Of a stretch of DNA of 64,000 bases, positions 8,653-18,369 are shown in pieces. The DNA comes from an uncultured Acidimicrobiia bacterium. GTDB lineage: Bacteria; Actinomycetota; Acidimicrobiia; Acidimicrobiales; CAIXPF01. The stretch covers positions 26,657 through 90,656 of the forward strand of contig CAIXPF010000205.1 of NCBI GenBank assembly GCA_903921205.1, given 5' to 3'. Made by a program: the position numbers and the translations under genes. How positions within the stretch are numbered: position 1 is the stretch's first letter; every line of letters starts with the position of its first letter. The notes under the pieces were generated by a model, which worked only from the letters and a program-made list of their open reading frames with translations, had not been told where the DNA came from and did not search any database.

Positions 8653-9417
8653 TCAGCCGGTCGGGACCCGCTGGAAGCCCTCGGCCAGACGACCCTCGGG
8701 CAGTCCGGCTGCGGTGGCCTTGACCCGTCCCCAGCTCCGCAGCCGTTCCTCGAACGCCACGGGCTCGTGGTGGGAGACCTGCGAACGGTGACACGCCAGC
8801 GCCTGCAGCTTGCGCTCGAAGGTATCGGTGACGTCGACGAACACGTTCTCGCTCGGTCCGCCTGCCAGCCAGACCTCCTGCACGGTGTGCTCGCCCCACC
8901 CCTCCGCCAGCAGCTCGGGATGGGCGAACTGGTTACGGGCGTCGGGATAGACCGCGCACAGGGTGGCCTCGCCGACCGCGAGGTGGTCGGGGTGGCTGGC
9001 GAAGATCCGCTCGAAGTTCCGCACCGGGGACTGGGTGAGCACCCAGGTCGGGGTCAGCTGGCGGATCACCCGTGAGAGGTCACGGCGCAACTCGAGTGTC
9101 GGGGTCACCCGCCCGTCGGGATAGCCGAGGAACAACACCTGCTCGACCCCGACCGCAGCTGCAGCCGCCCGCTGCTCGCGTTGGCGCAATGCCGCCATGT
9201 CGGGCCGGCTGATGGAGGGGTCGAAGCCGCCCGCATCGCCGTCGGTGACGATGCAGTACGAGACGTCGACCCCGGCTGCGGTCCAGCGGGCGATGGTTCC
9301 CGCCATGCCGAAGTCGACGTCGTCGGGGTGGGCGGTCACGACGAGCACCGGTCCGCTCGGCATCGCCTGGTCGGGTCGGTGCTCGGTCGGGTCGGTGCTG
9401 GCAGTGCTGGACGTCAC
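8653..9417 (-). CDS. PIG-L/LmbE family deacetylase (MshB/Mca-like)
   Basis: 254 aa with the AHPDDVDFGMAG and HPDH motifs of the PIG-L family. mshD lies in the same window, so a role in mycothiol metabolism is plausible but unproven. Confidence 0.75.
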   Translation of the reverse strand: MTSSTASTDPTEHRPDQAMPSGPVLVVTAHPDDVDFGMAGTIARWTAAGVDVSYCIVTDGDAGGFDPSISRPDMAALRQREQRAAAAAVGVEQVLFLGYPDGRVTPTLELRRDLSRVIRQLTPTWVLTQSPVRNFERIFASHPDHLAVGEATLCAVYPDARNQFAHPELLAEGWGEHTVQEVWLAGGPSENVFVDVTDTFERKLQALACHRSQVSHHEPVAFEERLRSWGRVKATAAGLPEGRLAEGFQRVPTG

Positions 9418-9470
9418 CGGTCCAACTTAGGCGCTGCGTCCGGCCCGACCCCGACGGGCCGACGTCGCGG

Positions 9471-10712
9471 TCAGGGCCTGACCAGCGCCCCGAGGACGGC
9501 GGCGAACTTGGCCTGGGTCTCGGCGAACTCCGTTGCGGGGTCGGAGTCGGAGACGATGCCGTTGCCGGCGTAGACCCGGACTGTGACCCCGTCGAACTCG
9601 GCGGAGCGAACGCCGACGGCCCAGGCGCCGTTGCCGTCGGCATCGACCCAGCCGACCGGTCCGGCGTAGCGGCGACGGTCGAGCTCCTCGATCTCGCGCT
9701 GCAGTTGCAGGGCGCTCTCGCGGGGATCGCCGCCCACCGCCGGGGTGGGGTGCAGCGCATGCACCAGGTCGAGTACCGACGGTTCCGGTCGTGACAGCCG
9801 GCCCTCGACCATGGTGGCGAGGTGTTGCACGTTGGCCACGGCCACCACCGACGGCTGTGGTTCGGCGTCGAGGAACGAGCACCAGGGCAGCAGCGTGTCG
9901 TGCACCATGTCGATGGTGAGCTGGTGCTCGTGGCGGTAGTTGGCGTTGGCCAACAGCGACGCGGCCAGCTTGGCATCCGCCGCCGGGTCGCCGAGCCGCG
10001 GTGCGGTGCCCGCCATCGGGTGGGCACGCACCACGTCACCATGACGGGACACCAGCAGCTCGGGGCTGGCGCACAGGAAGCCGTCGATGAAGCTGACGTA
10101 GCAGGTCGGGTACGCGGCCCGGAGACGTCGCAGGGCCGGACGTGGGTCGACGGGACGGTCGGCGGTGACCACCACCTCCCGGGCCAGCACGACCTTGCGC
10201 AGCTCGCCGGCCCGGATGCGCGTCGTGGCCCGTCCGACGAGGTCCATCCACCACGATGGTTCCCGGCTGGCCGCGACATCGAAGCGCGACGGCAACGCCT
10301 GCGCCGGCTCCGGCTGCACATCGGGAGGGCCGGTCGGGTCGTCGCGACCGATGACGACCGCCCACCGCGCTCCGTCGGGCTGTCGGTGCAGCTGGACCGC
10401 GGGAATGACCATGCGTCCTGGTACGTCGGTCCGGAACGGGAGTGCCCCGAACGCCAGCGGTGCCGGCGCCCCTGCCGCACCGGAGCGGTCCATACCATTC
10501 AAGATGGTATGGACCCGGGTGCCGAGATCGCTGCGGTCGTCGGCGTCGAACGCGATCGTGACCGCGCAACCGATTCCGGCAATCGCCGAGCCGTCGCGGG
10601 TGATGACCATGCCGTTCGGGCCGGCGAACTCGATGAGGTCGAGGTCGTCGTCGACCCGGAAGCCGTGCGCCCGCAGCGGGCCCGGCGTCGGGCGGGGGAC
10701 ACCGGTGTCCAT
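9471..10712 (-). CDS. menF: Isochorismate synthase
   Basis: 413 aa with a chorismate-binding C-terminal domain (SPELLV, GNGIVSDSDPATEFAETQAKF). Its start codon shares one nucleotide (10712) with the stop codon of menG. Lies in the men cluster. Confidence 0.85.
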   Translation of the reverse strand: MDTGVPRPTPGPLRAHGFRVDDDLDLIEFAGPNGMVITRDGSAIAGIGCAVTIAFDADDRSDLGTRVHTILNGMDRSGAAGAPAPLAFGALPFRTDVPGRMVIPAVQLHRQPDGARWAVVIGRDDPTGPPDVQPEPAQALPSRFDVAASREPSWWMDLVGRATTRIRAGELRKVVLAREVVVTADRPVDPRPALRRLRAAYPTCYVSFIDGFLCASPELLVSRHGDVVRAHPMAGTAPRLGDPAADAKLAASLLANANYRHEHQLTIDMVHDTLLPWCSFLDAEPQPSVVAVANVQHLATMVEGRLSRPEPSVLDLVHALHPTPAVGGDPRESALQLQREIEELDRRRYAGPVGWVDADGNGAWAVGVRSAEFDGVTVRVYAGNGIVSDSDPATEFAETQAKFAAVLGALVRP

Positions 10713-11410
10713 CAGGGCCGGCGGGTGCCCACCAGCAGCTGGGCGATGCCGGTGGAGAGTTGGCGCTGCACGACGTTGTCGAACCCGGCCTCGCGCAACA
10801 TGGTGGTCAGCACCGGCGTCTCGGGCAGATAGGCGACCGACCGGGGCAGGTACTGGTAGGCGGACTTGTCCGACAGGCGACCGCCGACGAAGGGCACGAC
10901 CTTGCCGAAGTAGATCCGGTGGCCGGCGGCGAGCAGCGGGTTGCGGGGGCTGCTCACCTCAAGCAGGGCGACGCGCCCACCCGGGCGAAGGACCCGGGCG
11001 CACTCGGCGAAGAACGGTTCGAGGGCCCGCAGGTTCCGCAGGGCGAAGCCGCAGGTGATGCCATCGAGGCAGCCGTCCTGCAGGGGGAGGCGCAGGATGT
11101 CCGCCTGTGAGAGCGGGGCGTCGGTCCTGGCGTGGTGCAGCATGCCGTAGGACAGGTCGAAGCCGACCGCACGCAGACCGGCCCGCTCGAGGTCCCGGCA
11201 GAAGTCACCGGTGCCGCAGGCGAGGTCGGCGACGAGCGAGCCAGGGGCCAGCCCCAGCTCCCGGACGGTACGTCGCCGCCAGCCCACGTCCATGCGGAAG
11301 GTCATGACCCGGTTGACGAGGTCGTAGCGCGGGGCGATGCGGTCGAACATGTTGCGCACCGCCGCCACCTTCTCCTCGCCGGTGGGCAGGGGCGTTTCGG
11401 TGCGGCTCAC
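10712..11410 (-). CDS. menG: Demethylmenaquinone methyltransferase (UbiE/MenG family)
   Basis: 232 aa with the N-terminal signature VRNMFDRIAPRYDLVNRVMTF..GWRR and the SAM motif VADLACGTGDF. Confidence 0.9.
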   Translation of the reverse strand: MSRTETPLPTGEEKVAAVRNMFDRIAPRYDLVNRVMTFRMDVGWRRRTVRELGLAPGSLVADLACGTGDFCRDLERAGLRAVGFDLSYGMLHHARTDAPLSQADILRLPLQDGCLDGITCGFALRNLRALEPFFAECARVLRPGGRVALLEVSSPRNPLLAAGHRIYFGKVVPFVGGRLSDKSAYQYLPRSVAYLPETPVLTTMLREAGFDNVVQRQLSTGIAQLLVGTRRP

Positions 11411-11449
11411 GTCAGGAGATGGTAGGCACCCGCTCTGTGGTGTGGCGCA

Positions 11450-13054
11450 TCAGCGTGACGGCGCAGGATCCTGCCCGCTCAACCGTGTCGCAGCGGCCCG
11501 GTAGTCGGGCTTCCCGGTCGGGGTGCGGGGCAGGTCGGCCACGACCAGCACGTGCCGGGGCAGCTTGAAGCGGGCGAGGGACGTCCGGCAGAAGCGGGCG
11601 AGCTGTTCGGTGGACAGCGAGGCCCCGGGAGCCAGGCGCACGAGGAGCCCCACCACCTCACCGAAACGCGGATCGGGAATGCCGACCACCATGGCGTCGG
11701 CCACCGCAGGATGGCCGCGTACGACCCCTTCCACCTCGAGCGCGTCGACTTTCTCCCCGCCGGAGTTGACCGTTCGCTCGCCTCGACCGACCAGCTCGAT
11801 CGTGCCGTCGGGCCGCCAGCGCCCGAGGTCGCCGGTCAGCGCCCAGCGCACCCCGTCGATGGTGGGGAAGGTGGCGGCGCTGCGATCGGGGTCGTTGAGA
11901 TAGCGCAGCGGGAGCCGCCCGGTGCGCCCGATGCGGCCCAATGCCGGGCTGCCGCGGTCCACCGGCTTGCCGTCGAAGCCGACCAGGGTCGTGTCGGGCC
12001 CGGGGACGAACCCGGGGGAACGCTGGGGCATCCCGGCCAGGTGTACCCGCCGGGCCTGGCCGCCCGTCTCGGAGGTGCCGTAGCCATCGACGACGACCGC
12101 GCCGTCGAGGTGGTGCAGCAGGCGGGCTGCGGTGCCCGGCGCCAGCGCCGCCCCGCCACTGGCCACTGTCACGAGGCGGTCGAGGTCCCAGCGCCCGGGG
12201 TGGCGGTCCAGCTCGTCCGCCAGCGGTACGGCGAAGGCATCCCCGACCAGGACCAGTTGCGCCACCTGTTCGCGCTCGGCGAGATCGAGCAGGGCAACGG
12301 CATCGAAGGTGTCGTCGGTGAACAGCACCACCGTTCCCCCCGACAGCAGGGTCCCGAGCGTGACCCATTGCGCCGTACCGTGCATCAACGGGCACGCCAC
12401 GAGCATCCGGGTCCCGTGCCCGCCCAGGGTCCGGGTGACATCGGCGGGCTCGGTGAGGGGGCTACCGAGGTGATGGTCGCCCCCGAGCGCGGCGAAGAAC
12501 AGGTCGTCCTGTCGCCACTCGACCCCTTTCGGCAGCCCGGTGGTGCCCCCGGTGTAGAGCAGGTAGAGGTCGTCATCCCGGCGGTCGTTGCGGCGGGGGA
12601 GTGGTCCGAGGCGGGCGAGGTGTCCGGCGATCGTGGAGAGCGCATGTACGGGTGGCGCAGGTGAGGCGTCGGCCCTGGTCAGCAGGTCCGTTGCCGCCTC
12701 GACCGTTGCCGCCACGGCATCCTCGCAGACGACGAGTGCCGGGTCGGCGTCGGTGAGCAGGTGCCGGATCTCCTCGGCGGTGTAGTGCTGGTTCACGTTG
12801 AACGGCACGGCCCGCAGCTTGAAGGCGCCGAGCAGGGCCGCGACGTGGGGGGCCGAGTTGCGCAGCATCAGGGCCACCCGGTCGCCAGGGCCCACCCCGA
12901 CCTCGGAGAACCGAGCGGCCCAGCACGCTGCGTTCTCGTCGAGGTTGCGGTAGGTGAGCCGTTCGTGGCCCGCGACGAGGGCCGATCGGTCGCCGCAACG
13001 GTCGGCCACCGCTTCGAACAGGTCGGCGACATTGAAGGCGGCCGGTGAGTCCAC
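11450..13054 (-). CDS. AMP-dependent acyl-CoA synthetase/ligase (possible MenE-like role)
   Basis: 534 aa with the AMP-binding motif YTGGTTGLPKGV and a C-terminal GKPDYR. It is adjacent to the men genes but resembles FadD-type ligases, so I do not assign a gene symbol. Confidence 0.8.
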   Translation of the reverse strand: MDSPAAFNVADLFEAVADRCGDRSALVAGHERLTYRNLDENAACWAARFSEVGVGPGDRVALMLRNSAPHVAALLGAFKLRAVPFNVNQHYTAEEIRHLLTDADPALVVCEDAVAATVEAATDLLTRADASPAPPVHALSTIAGHLARLGPLPRRNDRRDDDLYLLYTGGTTGLPKGVEWRQDDLFFAALGGDHHLGSPLTEPADVTRTLGGHGTRMLVACPLMHGTAQWVTLGTLLSGGTVVLFTDDTFDAVALLDLAEREQVAQLVLVGDAFAVPLADELDRHPGRWDLDRLVTVASGGAALAPGTAARLLHHLDGAVVVDGYGTSETGGQARRVHLAGMPQRSPGFVPGPDTTLVGFDGKPVDRGSPALGRIGRTGRLPLRYLNDPDRSAATFPTIDGVRWALTGDLGRWRPDGTIELVGRGERTVNSGGEKVDALEVEGVVRGHPAVADAMVVGIPDPRFGEVVGLLVRLAPGASLSTEQLARFCRTSLARFKLPRHVLVVADLPRTPTGKPDYRAAATRLSGQDPAPSR

Positions 13055-13178
13055 GTCGGAACCCGACGGTACTCAACAGGTGACCTTCGTCACGAAATGA
13101 CCGCTCCGGGCCTTCGGCGCCGGCCGTCGACGGGAGACCATTTCCCAGCCGGAGACGCCACGGTGGTAGAAACAGGGC

Positions 13179-13841
13179 ATGCGTCGCCGCCGACCGCTCA
13201 CGATGACCGCGCTCGTTCTGTGCCTGACCTCCGGGGCCATGGCGTGTGGTGGGGTCTCGCCGACCGTCAACACCAGTGGTGACCCCAAGGGCGAGTCGTC
13301 CTTCGCCAACATCGCCGAGGTGCTCGCCGCCGACACGGCGGGCCGTTTCACCACGCTGCTGGCCTGCGCCGAGCTGACCGGGGCGGGGGCGGCCATCACC
13401 GGCACCGGTCCGGTCACACTGTTCGCCCCGACGAACGCCGCCTTCGCCAAGGCCGGGGTCAGCTGCACGAAGGACACGAAGCTGAGCGACGCACAGTCCG
13501 CCGCCCTGCTGCGGACGCTGGCCCAGCACGTGACCGACGTCGACGTCCGCTTCAGCCCGCCTGCCGGTTACGACGAGAAGAAGCCGCCGCGTGGCCTCGA
13601 GCTGGTCACCACCCGCCCGGTGACGGTGGACAGCATCCTGCTCGATGCCCCGGGTACCGCGCTGGTGGTCGCACCCGACAAGTCCGTCAGCACGGTCGAT
13701 GCGCCCGCCAAGAAGGCCAAGGTCGTCGAGGCCGACATCCAAGCTCCCAACGGGATGATCCAGGTCATCGATGCGGTGCTGATCCCGCCCTCGAAGCCGG
13801 TCTATCCGCCGACGACGGTGCCGCCCAAGCCCTTCGAGTGA
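13179..13841 (+). CDS. Secreted or lipid-anchored fasciclin (FAS1) domain protein
   Basis: 220 aa. The N-terminal signal peptide ends ...GAMAC, a possible lipobox. FAS1 motifs are present: TLFAPTNAAF and NGMIQVIDAVL. Confidence 0.8.
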   Translation: MRRRRPLTMTALVLCLTSGAMACGGVSPTVNTSGDPKGESSFANIAEVLAADTAGRFTTLLACAELTGAGAAITGTGPVTLFAPTNAAFAKAGVSCTKDTKLSDAQSAALLRTLAQHVTDVDVRFSPPAGYDEKKPPRGLELVTTRPVTVDSILLDAPGTALVVAPDKSVSTVDAPAKKAKVVEADIQAPNGMIQVIDAVLIPPSKPVYPPTTVPPKPFE

Positions 13842-13860
13842 TGCCCGTTCGTCCACGCCG

Positions 13861-14736
13861 GTGATCCGGCATGCCGCGTCGCGGCCGGAGCTGGCCGGGC
13901 TGGTTCTGGCGGCCGGTGCAGGCACCCGACTGCGGCCTCTGAGCGACGAGCGGCCCAAGCCGCTCTGCCCGGTCGGTTTCGATGCGCTGCTCGATGCGGC
14001 GTTCGTTCGGGTGGCCGAGGCCCTGGGAACGCAGGCCGGCTTGGCCGTCAACCTGTGCCACGGGGCGGCCATGATCGAGTCCCATCTCGCAGCCGGGCCG
14101 TGGGACCGGGTGCGACGTTCGTTCGAGCCCACGGCGTTGGGCACCGCCGGCGCCGTCGCACCGTTGCGCAGTTGGCTCGACGGTCGAGGCCTGCTCATCG
14201 TCAACGGCGACACCTGGTGCCCGGCCGCGTTGCACGGCTTCGTCGAGGCCTGGGACGGTGAACGCATCGCCGTGGCCGTACACGGTTCACCACCGATGCA
14301 CGGACGTTCCCGTGTCGTGGCGTCGATTCTGCCGTGGGCCGACGCCCGTACGGTGCAGCCGGTCCCCGCCGGGCTGTGGGAGCTGTTCTGGCGCGACCGG
14401 CTCGCCGCCGGCTCGATCCAGGTCGCCGGGGTCGACGGGCCGTTCGTGGACTGCGCCACCGTGGCGGACTACCTGCAGGCCAACGTCGCGTGGTTGGCCA
14501 CCGGGGCCGACGAGATCATCGACGGCAACGCCGTGCACCCCACAGCGACCGTGCACGCCGGCGCCGTGGTGAGCCGGTCGGTGATCGGTGCCGGGGCGAC
14601 GGTGTCGGGACGCCTCGATCGCTGTGTGGTGTGGCCGGGTGCGCACGTGGGCCCCGACGAGGAGCTCGCCGAGGTGGTGCGGACCGACTCGGGGCGGACC
14701 TTCAGAGCCGACGCGTCGGTGGCTGCACCTCGGTGA
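13861..14736 (+). CDS. Sugar-phosphate nucleotidyltransferase family protein
   Basis: 291 aa with LAAGAGTRLRPLSDERPKPL (the GxGTRxxP...K motif) and a C-terminal left-handed beta-helix-like repeat. Its 3' end overlaps the convergent rlmN by 35 nt. Confidence 0.7.
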   Translation: MIRHAASRPELAGLVLAAGAGTRLRPLSDERPKPLCPVGFDALLDAAFVRVAEALGTQAGLAVNLCHGAAMIESHLAAGPWDRVRRSFEPTALGTAGAVAPLRSWLDGRGLLIVNGDTWCPAALHGFVEAWDGERIAVAVHGSPPMHGRSRVVASILPWADARTVQPVPAGLWELFWRDRLAAGSIQVAGVDGPFVDCATVADYLQANVAWLATGADEIIDGNAVHPTATVHAGAVVSRSVIGAGATVSGRLDRCVVWPGAHVGPDEELAEVVRTDSGRTFRADASVAAPR

Positions 14737-15781
14737 CCTGCGGCTGCAGGTCGGTCCGGGGCCGCGCGGCGAGCTGGCCGCAGGCTGCGTCGATGTCGTT
14801 GCCGCGGTTGCGGCGCACGGTGGCGTTGGCGCCGAGGTCCTCGAGGCGGTCCCGGAAGGCGGCGACCCGTTCGGGTGGGGTGCCGGTGGTCGGGTAGCCG
14901 GGCGTGGCGTTGAGGGGGATGAGGTTCACGTGCGCGCGCAGGCGCCGGGCCAGGGCCGCAAGCCGCTCGGCGTCGATCGTCCGGTCGTTCACCCCGTCGA
15001 TGAGGGCCCATTCGAACGAGAGCCGCCGGCCCTTCGCGGCGAGGTAGTCCTCGCAGGCCGCGGTGAGCTCGCGGAGCGGATAGCGCCGGTTGACGGGGAC
15101 CAGAGCGTCGCGCAGTTCGTCGTCGGCGGCGTGCAGCGACACGGCGAGGTTGACCGGTTCGGGTTCGGTCGCCATACGGCGGATACCGGGCACGATGCCG
15201 ACCGTCGACACGGTCAGGTGGCGGGCGGACAGGCCGAGGTCGACGTGGAGGCGGCGGATCGCGCCCCACAGCCGGTCATAGTTGGCCAGCGGCTCACCCA
15301 TGCCCATGAACACCACGTTGGACAGGCGGCGTTCGGAGTCGGCAGCGCTGCGGCGGGCTCGTACGACCTGCTCGACGATTTCGCCGACGCTGAGGTGTCG
15401 TTCGAAGCCGGCCTGACCGGTGGCGCAGAAGCCGCAGGCCATGGCGCACCCCGCCTGGGTGGAGACGCAGACGGTGGTACGACCCGGATAGTGCATCAAC
15501 ACCGATTCGATCAGCCGGCCGTCGTGCAGTTCCCACAGGGTCTTGATGGTGTCGCCACGATCGGCGTGTTGTTGCGCAGCGACGCGCAGTGCGGCCGGTG
15601 CGACCTCGTCGAGTTGCCCCCTCAGGACTTTGGGGAGGTTGGTGAGCTCGGCAGGGTCCTTGCCCTGGACATACAGCCCCTCCCACACCTGATCGACCCG
15701 GTAGCGGGGATGGCCGACGAGCATTCCGGCAAGTGCCTCCCGATCGAGGTCGTAGCGGGTGTGAACGGGGCGTTCAGCCAT
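14702..15781 (-). CDS. rlmN: 23S rRNA/tRNA adenine-C2 methyltransferase (radical SAM)
   Basis: 359 aa with the radical-SAM motif CVSTQAGCAMACGFCATG and a collinear RlmN-type architecture. Confidence 0.9.
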   Translation of the reverse strand: MAERPVHTRYDLDREALAGMLVGHPRYRVDQVWEGLYVQGKDPAELTNLPKVLRGQLDEVAPAALRVAAQQHADRGDTIKTLWELHDGRLIESVLMHYPGRTTVCVSTQAGCAMACGFCATGQAGFERHLSVGEIVEQVVRARRSAADSERRLSNVVFMGMGEPLANYDRLWGAIRRLHVDLGLSARHLTVSTVGIVPGIRRMATEPEPVNLAVSLHAADDELRDALVPVNRRYPLRELTAACEDYLAAKGRRLSFEWALIDGVNDRTIDAERLAALARRLRAHVNLIPLNATPGYPTTGTPPERVAAFRDRLEDLGANATVRRNRGNDIDAACGQLAARPRTDLQPQVTEVQPPTRRL

Positions 15782-16718
15782 GGGGTGAGGTGGCGAACGC
15801 CCGGTCGGTCCTGGTCACGACGAACCCGAGACGCTCGTACATGGCGAGCGCGCCGACGTTGTCTCCCTCGACGAACAAGACCCCTTCCCCGGCACCTTTG
15901 GCGGTCAGGTGCTCGAGCCCGGCGGCGACCAGGCGTGGACCGAGCCCACGGCCGGCGTGCTCGGGAGCCACGGCGATGATGTGGATCTCGCCGAGCGGCG
16001 GGTCGTATTCGGCGAACAACTTGGTCCAGCAGAACCCGGCGAGCCGTCCATCGATCTCGCACATCAGGCAGCCCGCCGGATCGAACCAGGGCTGTGCCAT
16101 GCGTTCGTCGAGCTGGGCGCGGGTCATCCGGCCTTGATCGGGGTGCGAGGCGAAGGCCCGTCGATTGAGGTCGAGAAGGGCCGATTCGTCCTGGCCGACG
16201 ACGAATGCGCGGGTGTTCAGGCCGCGCAGTTCGTCGGGTACCTCCAGGGGGAGCGGACACTTCATCTGGTGCAGCATGCGGTGCTCGTGCAGCCCGAGGC
16301 GGGCGACGATCTCGAGATGCGCCGGGGTGGGATCGCTGACCCAGTAGTGGGTGTGTTCGCCGGAACCCTTCAGGGCGCGGGCGAGCAGCGGGGCACCGAG
16401 ATCGACCAGACGGCTGGTGTGCTCGGGGTCGACGACCAACTCGGCGACCCAGACGGCATCGGCGGGGAGGCGGGTGACCTGGGCGTAGGCGATCACGACG
16501 TTGTCGTGGGTGGCCCACGCGCACGCAAAGTCCGGGCCGGTGGTGGTGGCGAGACGGGTCCACTCGCTGTCGCCGAGTGGTGCGTGGCGCAGTGCGGGTG
16601 TCAAGCGGGCGAACAGGTGGTGCATCGCGGCACGTTCGTCGCTGTCGAGGTGATGGACGGGTCCGTGCAGCGACATCGTGCCGACACTATCGCCGGAGGC
16701 GGAGATGGGCCCGCGCAT
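15774..16718 (-). CDS. mshD: Mycothiol synthase-like tandem GNAT acetyltransferase
   Basis: About 300-314 aa with two GNAT halves. The second half has the acetyl-CoA motif HAGRGLGPRLV. The size and tandem GNAT layout fit MshD. An alternative start lies at 16676. Confidence 0.65.
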   Translation of the reverse strand: MRGPISASGDSVGTMSLHGPVHHLDSDERAAMHHLFARLTPALRHAPLGDSEWTRLATTTGPDFACAWATHDNVVIAYAQVTRLPADAVWVAELVVDPEHTSRLVDLGAPLLARALKGSGEHTHYWVSDPTPAHLEIVARLGLHEHRMLHQMKCPLPLEVPDELRGLNTRAFVVGQDESALLDLNRRAFASHPDQGRMTRAQLDERMAQPWFDPAGCLMCEIDGRLAGFCWTKLFAEYDPPLGEIHIIAVAPEHAGRGLGPRLVAAGLEHLTAKGAGEGVLFVEGDNVGALAMYERLGFVVTRTDRAFATSPHG

Positions 16719-16757
16719 CGGCCGGGGCTACGGTGCGGAAGCGGAGGCGCGATCAGC

Positions 16758-17423
16758 ATGGGCAAACCGAGGACACCGAAGGGGCGGGCCCGTGAGGTCG
16801 GGCGGCGACTTGCCGAGGCGTATCCCGAGGCGGAGTGCGAGCTCGACCACCGCAACGCCTTCGAGTTGCTGGTGGCGACCATCCTTTCGGCGCAGTCGAC
16901 CGACGCGAACGTGAACAAGGTGACCCCGGCCCTGTTCGCTCGTTTCCCGACCTCCGAGGACCTGGCTCATGCCGATCCGACGGAGGTCGAGGAACTGGTG
17001 TTCGCGACGGGCTTCTACAAGGCGAAGACCCGGAGCCTGCTGGGCATGGCGAACCGGTTGGTCGACGTGTACGGCGGAGAGGTGCCGGGCGCGATGGCGG
17101 ACTTGGTCAGCTTGCCGGGTGTGGGGCGCAAGACCGCGAACGTGGTGCGCAGCGTCGCGCTCGGGTTGCCGGGGCTGCCGGTCGACACCCACGTGCAGCG
17201 TCTGTCGAATCGGCTGGGGATCACCACCGAGTCGGATCCGGTCAAGATCGAGCACGAGATCAACGCAATGCTGCCGGCTCGGGAGCTCGGTGCGTTCAGC
17301 CTTCGGCTCATCCTGCACGGCCGTCGGGTGTGCGCGGCGCGAAAGCCGAATTGCGCCGCCTGTTCGTTGGAGGACATCTGTCCTGCGAGCCAGCTGCCGA
17401 GTTATGTCCGTTCCAAGACCTAA
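16758..17423 (+). CDS. nth: Endonuclease III
   Basis: Starts at the ATG at 16758 within track ORF 15909..17423. Contains the HhH-GPD motif GVGRKTANVV and the 4Fe-4S cluster motif CAARKPNCAACSLEDIC. The upstream 283 codons are antisense to mshD and I rejected them. Confidence 0.9.
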   Translation: MGKPRTPKGRAREVGRRLAEAYPEAECELDHRNAFELLVATILSAQSTDANVNKVTPALFARFPTSEDLAHADPTEVEELVFATGFYKAKTRSLLGMANRLVDVYGGEVPGAMADLVSLPGVGRKTANVVRSVALGLPGLPVDTHVQRLSNRLGITTESDPVKIEHEINAMLPARELGAFSLRLILHGRRVCAARKPNCAACSLEDICPASQLPSYVRSKT

Positions 17424-17564
17424 CGCGGTAAGCAATAGGGATTTCGGACCATTTCTTCGCCGATTGCCGCGACGACACTCCGTGACCTGCGGTACGCTCT
17501 TGGTCACCAGGTTCCCGCCACCTGGTAACCGGTGACATAGGGATCCGCCGCCCAGTGTCGCCCC

Positions 17565-17600
17565 GTCAGCGCCGCCATGAGCGGCGCTGACGCCGTTTTG
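17565..17600 (+). terminator. Candidate intrinsic terminator
   Basis: An 11-bp stem pairs GTCAGCGCCGC with GCGGCGCTGAC around the loop CATGA, followed by GCCGTTTTGG. It lies about 140 nt after the nth stop codon and 45 nt after the stop codon of the convergent gene. Confidence 0.45.
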
Positions 17601-17635
17601 GCCGCATCGGCCGCATCGTGGCGCTCGGGCCGGCC

Positions 17636-18196
17636 TCAGCCGGCGAGGGGGAACCCGACGGCCTCTCGGCGCCGGCTGACGCCGGGTTCGCCGGTGCTGT
17701 TCCACTCGTAGACCCCACGGCGTACCCGGCGCGCCCGGCCCTGTTCGACCTCGTACGCCAGCGCGTCGGCCAGACCCTTGACCGGGTGCGGGACGGCGAC
17801 CTCGTAGCCGTGCCGATGGAGTAGGGCGTGCAACGCGGACAGTGGGAGTGCGCCACTGGCCCGGAGCAGGGCCGTACAGACCGCGCGGAGGCGCCGACCC
17901 CACAAGGGAACCGCCTGATGGGCCAGCGGCGGAAGCTTCTCTCGGCCTTCGGGGCTCGGCGCGCGTCCACGGCGGTGTCCGAAGTTCGGGAACAGCCTTC
18001 GGCGGTGCTGCTCGAGCCTTTGTCGGAGCTGGGCATGCCGTGCGGCGCGTTCGGCCATCTCTGCCTCGAGGGCGGCGAGCTGTGCCTCGAGCTGGGCACA
18101 TCGATCGATGAGCTCTTGACGGGGTCGGCCGAGCGGGAGGCCGAACTGGCGGACAGGATCGATGCGCCTGTGGTCGAAGGAATCGGCGACGGACAT
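17636..18196 (-). CDS. Hypothetical protein (186 aa): coiled coil plus a C-terminal winged-helix-like region
   Basis: The ATG at 18196 is preceded by AAAGGTGG. It has more A/T-ending codons than the neighbouring genes. No family recognised. Confidence 0.55.
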   Translation of the reverse strand: MSVADSFDHRRIDPVRQFGLPLGRPRQELIDRCAQLEAQLAALEAEMAERAARHAQLRQRLEQHRRRLFPNFGHRRGRAPSPEGREKLPPLAHQAVPLWGRRLRAVCTALLRASGALPLSALHALLHRHGYEVAVPHPVKGLADALAYEVEQGRARRVRRGVYEWNSTGEPGVSRRREAVGFPLAG

Positions 18197-18369
18197 GGCA
18201 ACCACCTTTGGGAGATGGCGTCTCAGAGAGGCCGGAACACGAACGATCGTCTGGCCTGATCGATTCCGGCCAGTATCACCGGCGCCTATGACAGCGAAGA
18301 AGGTCACAATTAGCGATCTCGCCGACGCTCAACGTGAAAATCGTGCTCGGGGAGGGAAGCGCACTGTGC

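Noticed and set aside
15909-16757. The N-terminal 283-codon extension of the nth ORF
   Set aside because: It is antisense to mshD. Similarity to endonuclease III begins at the ATG at 16758.
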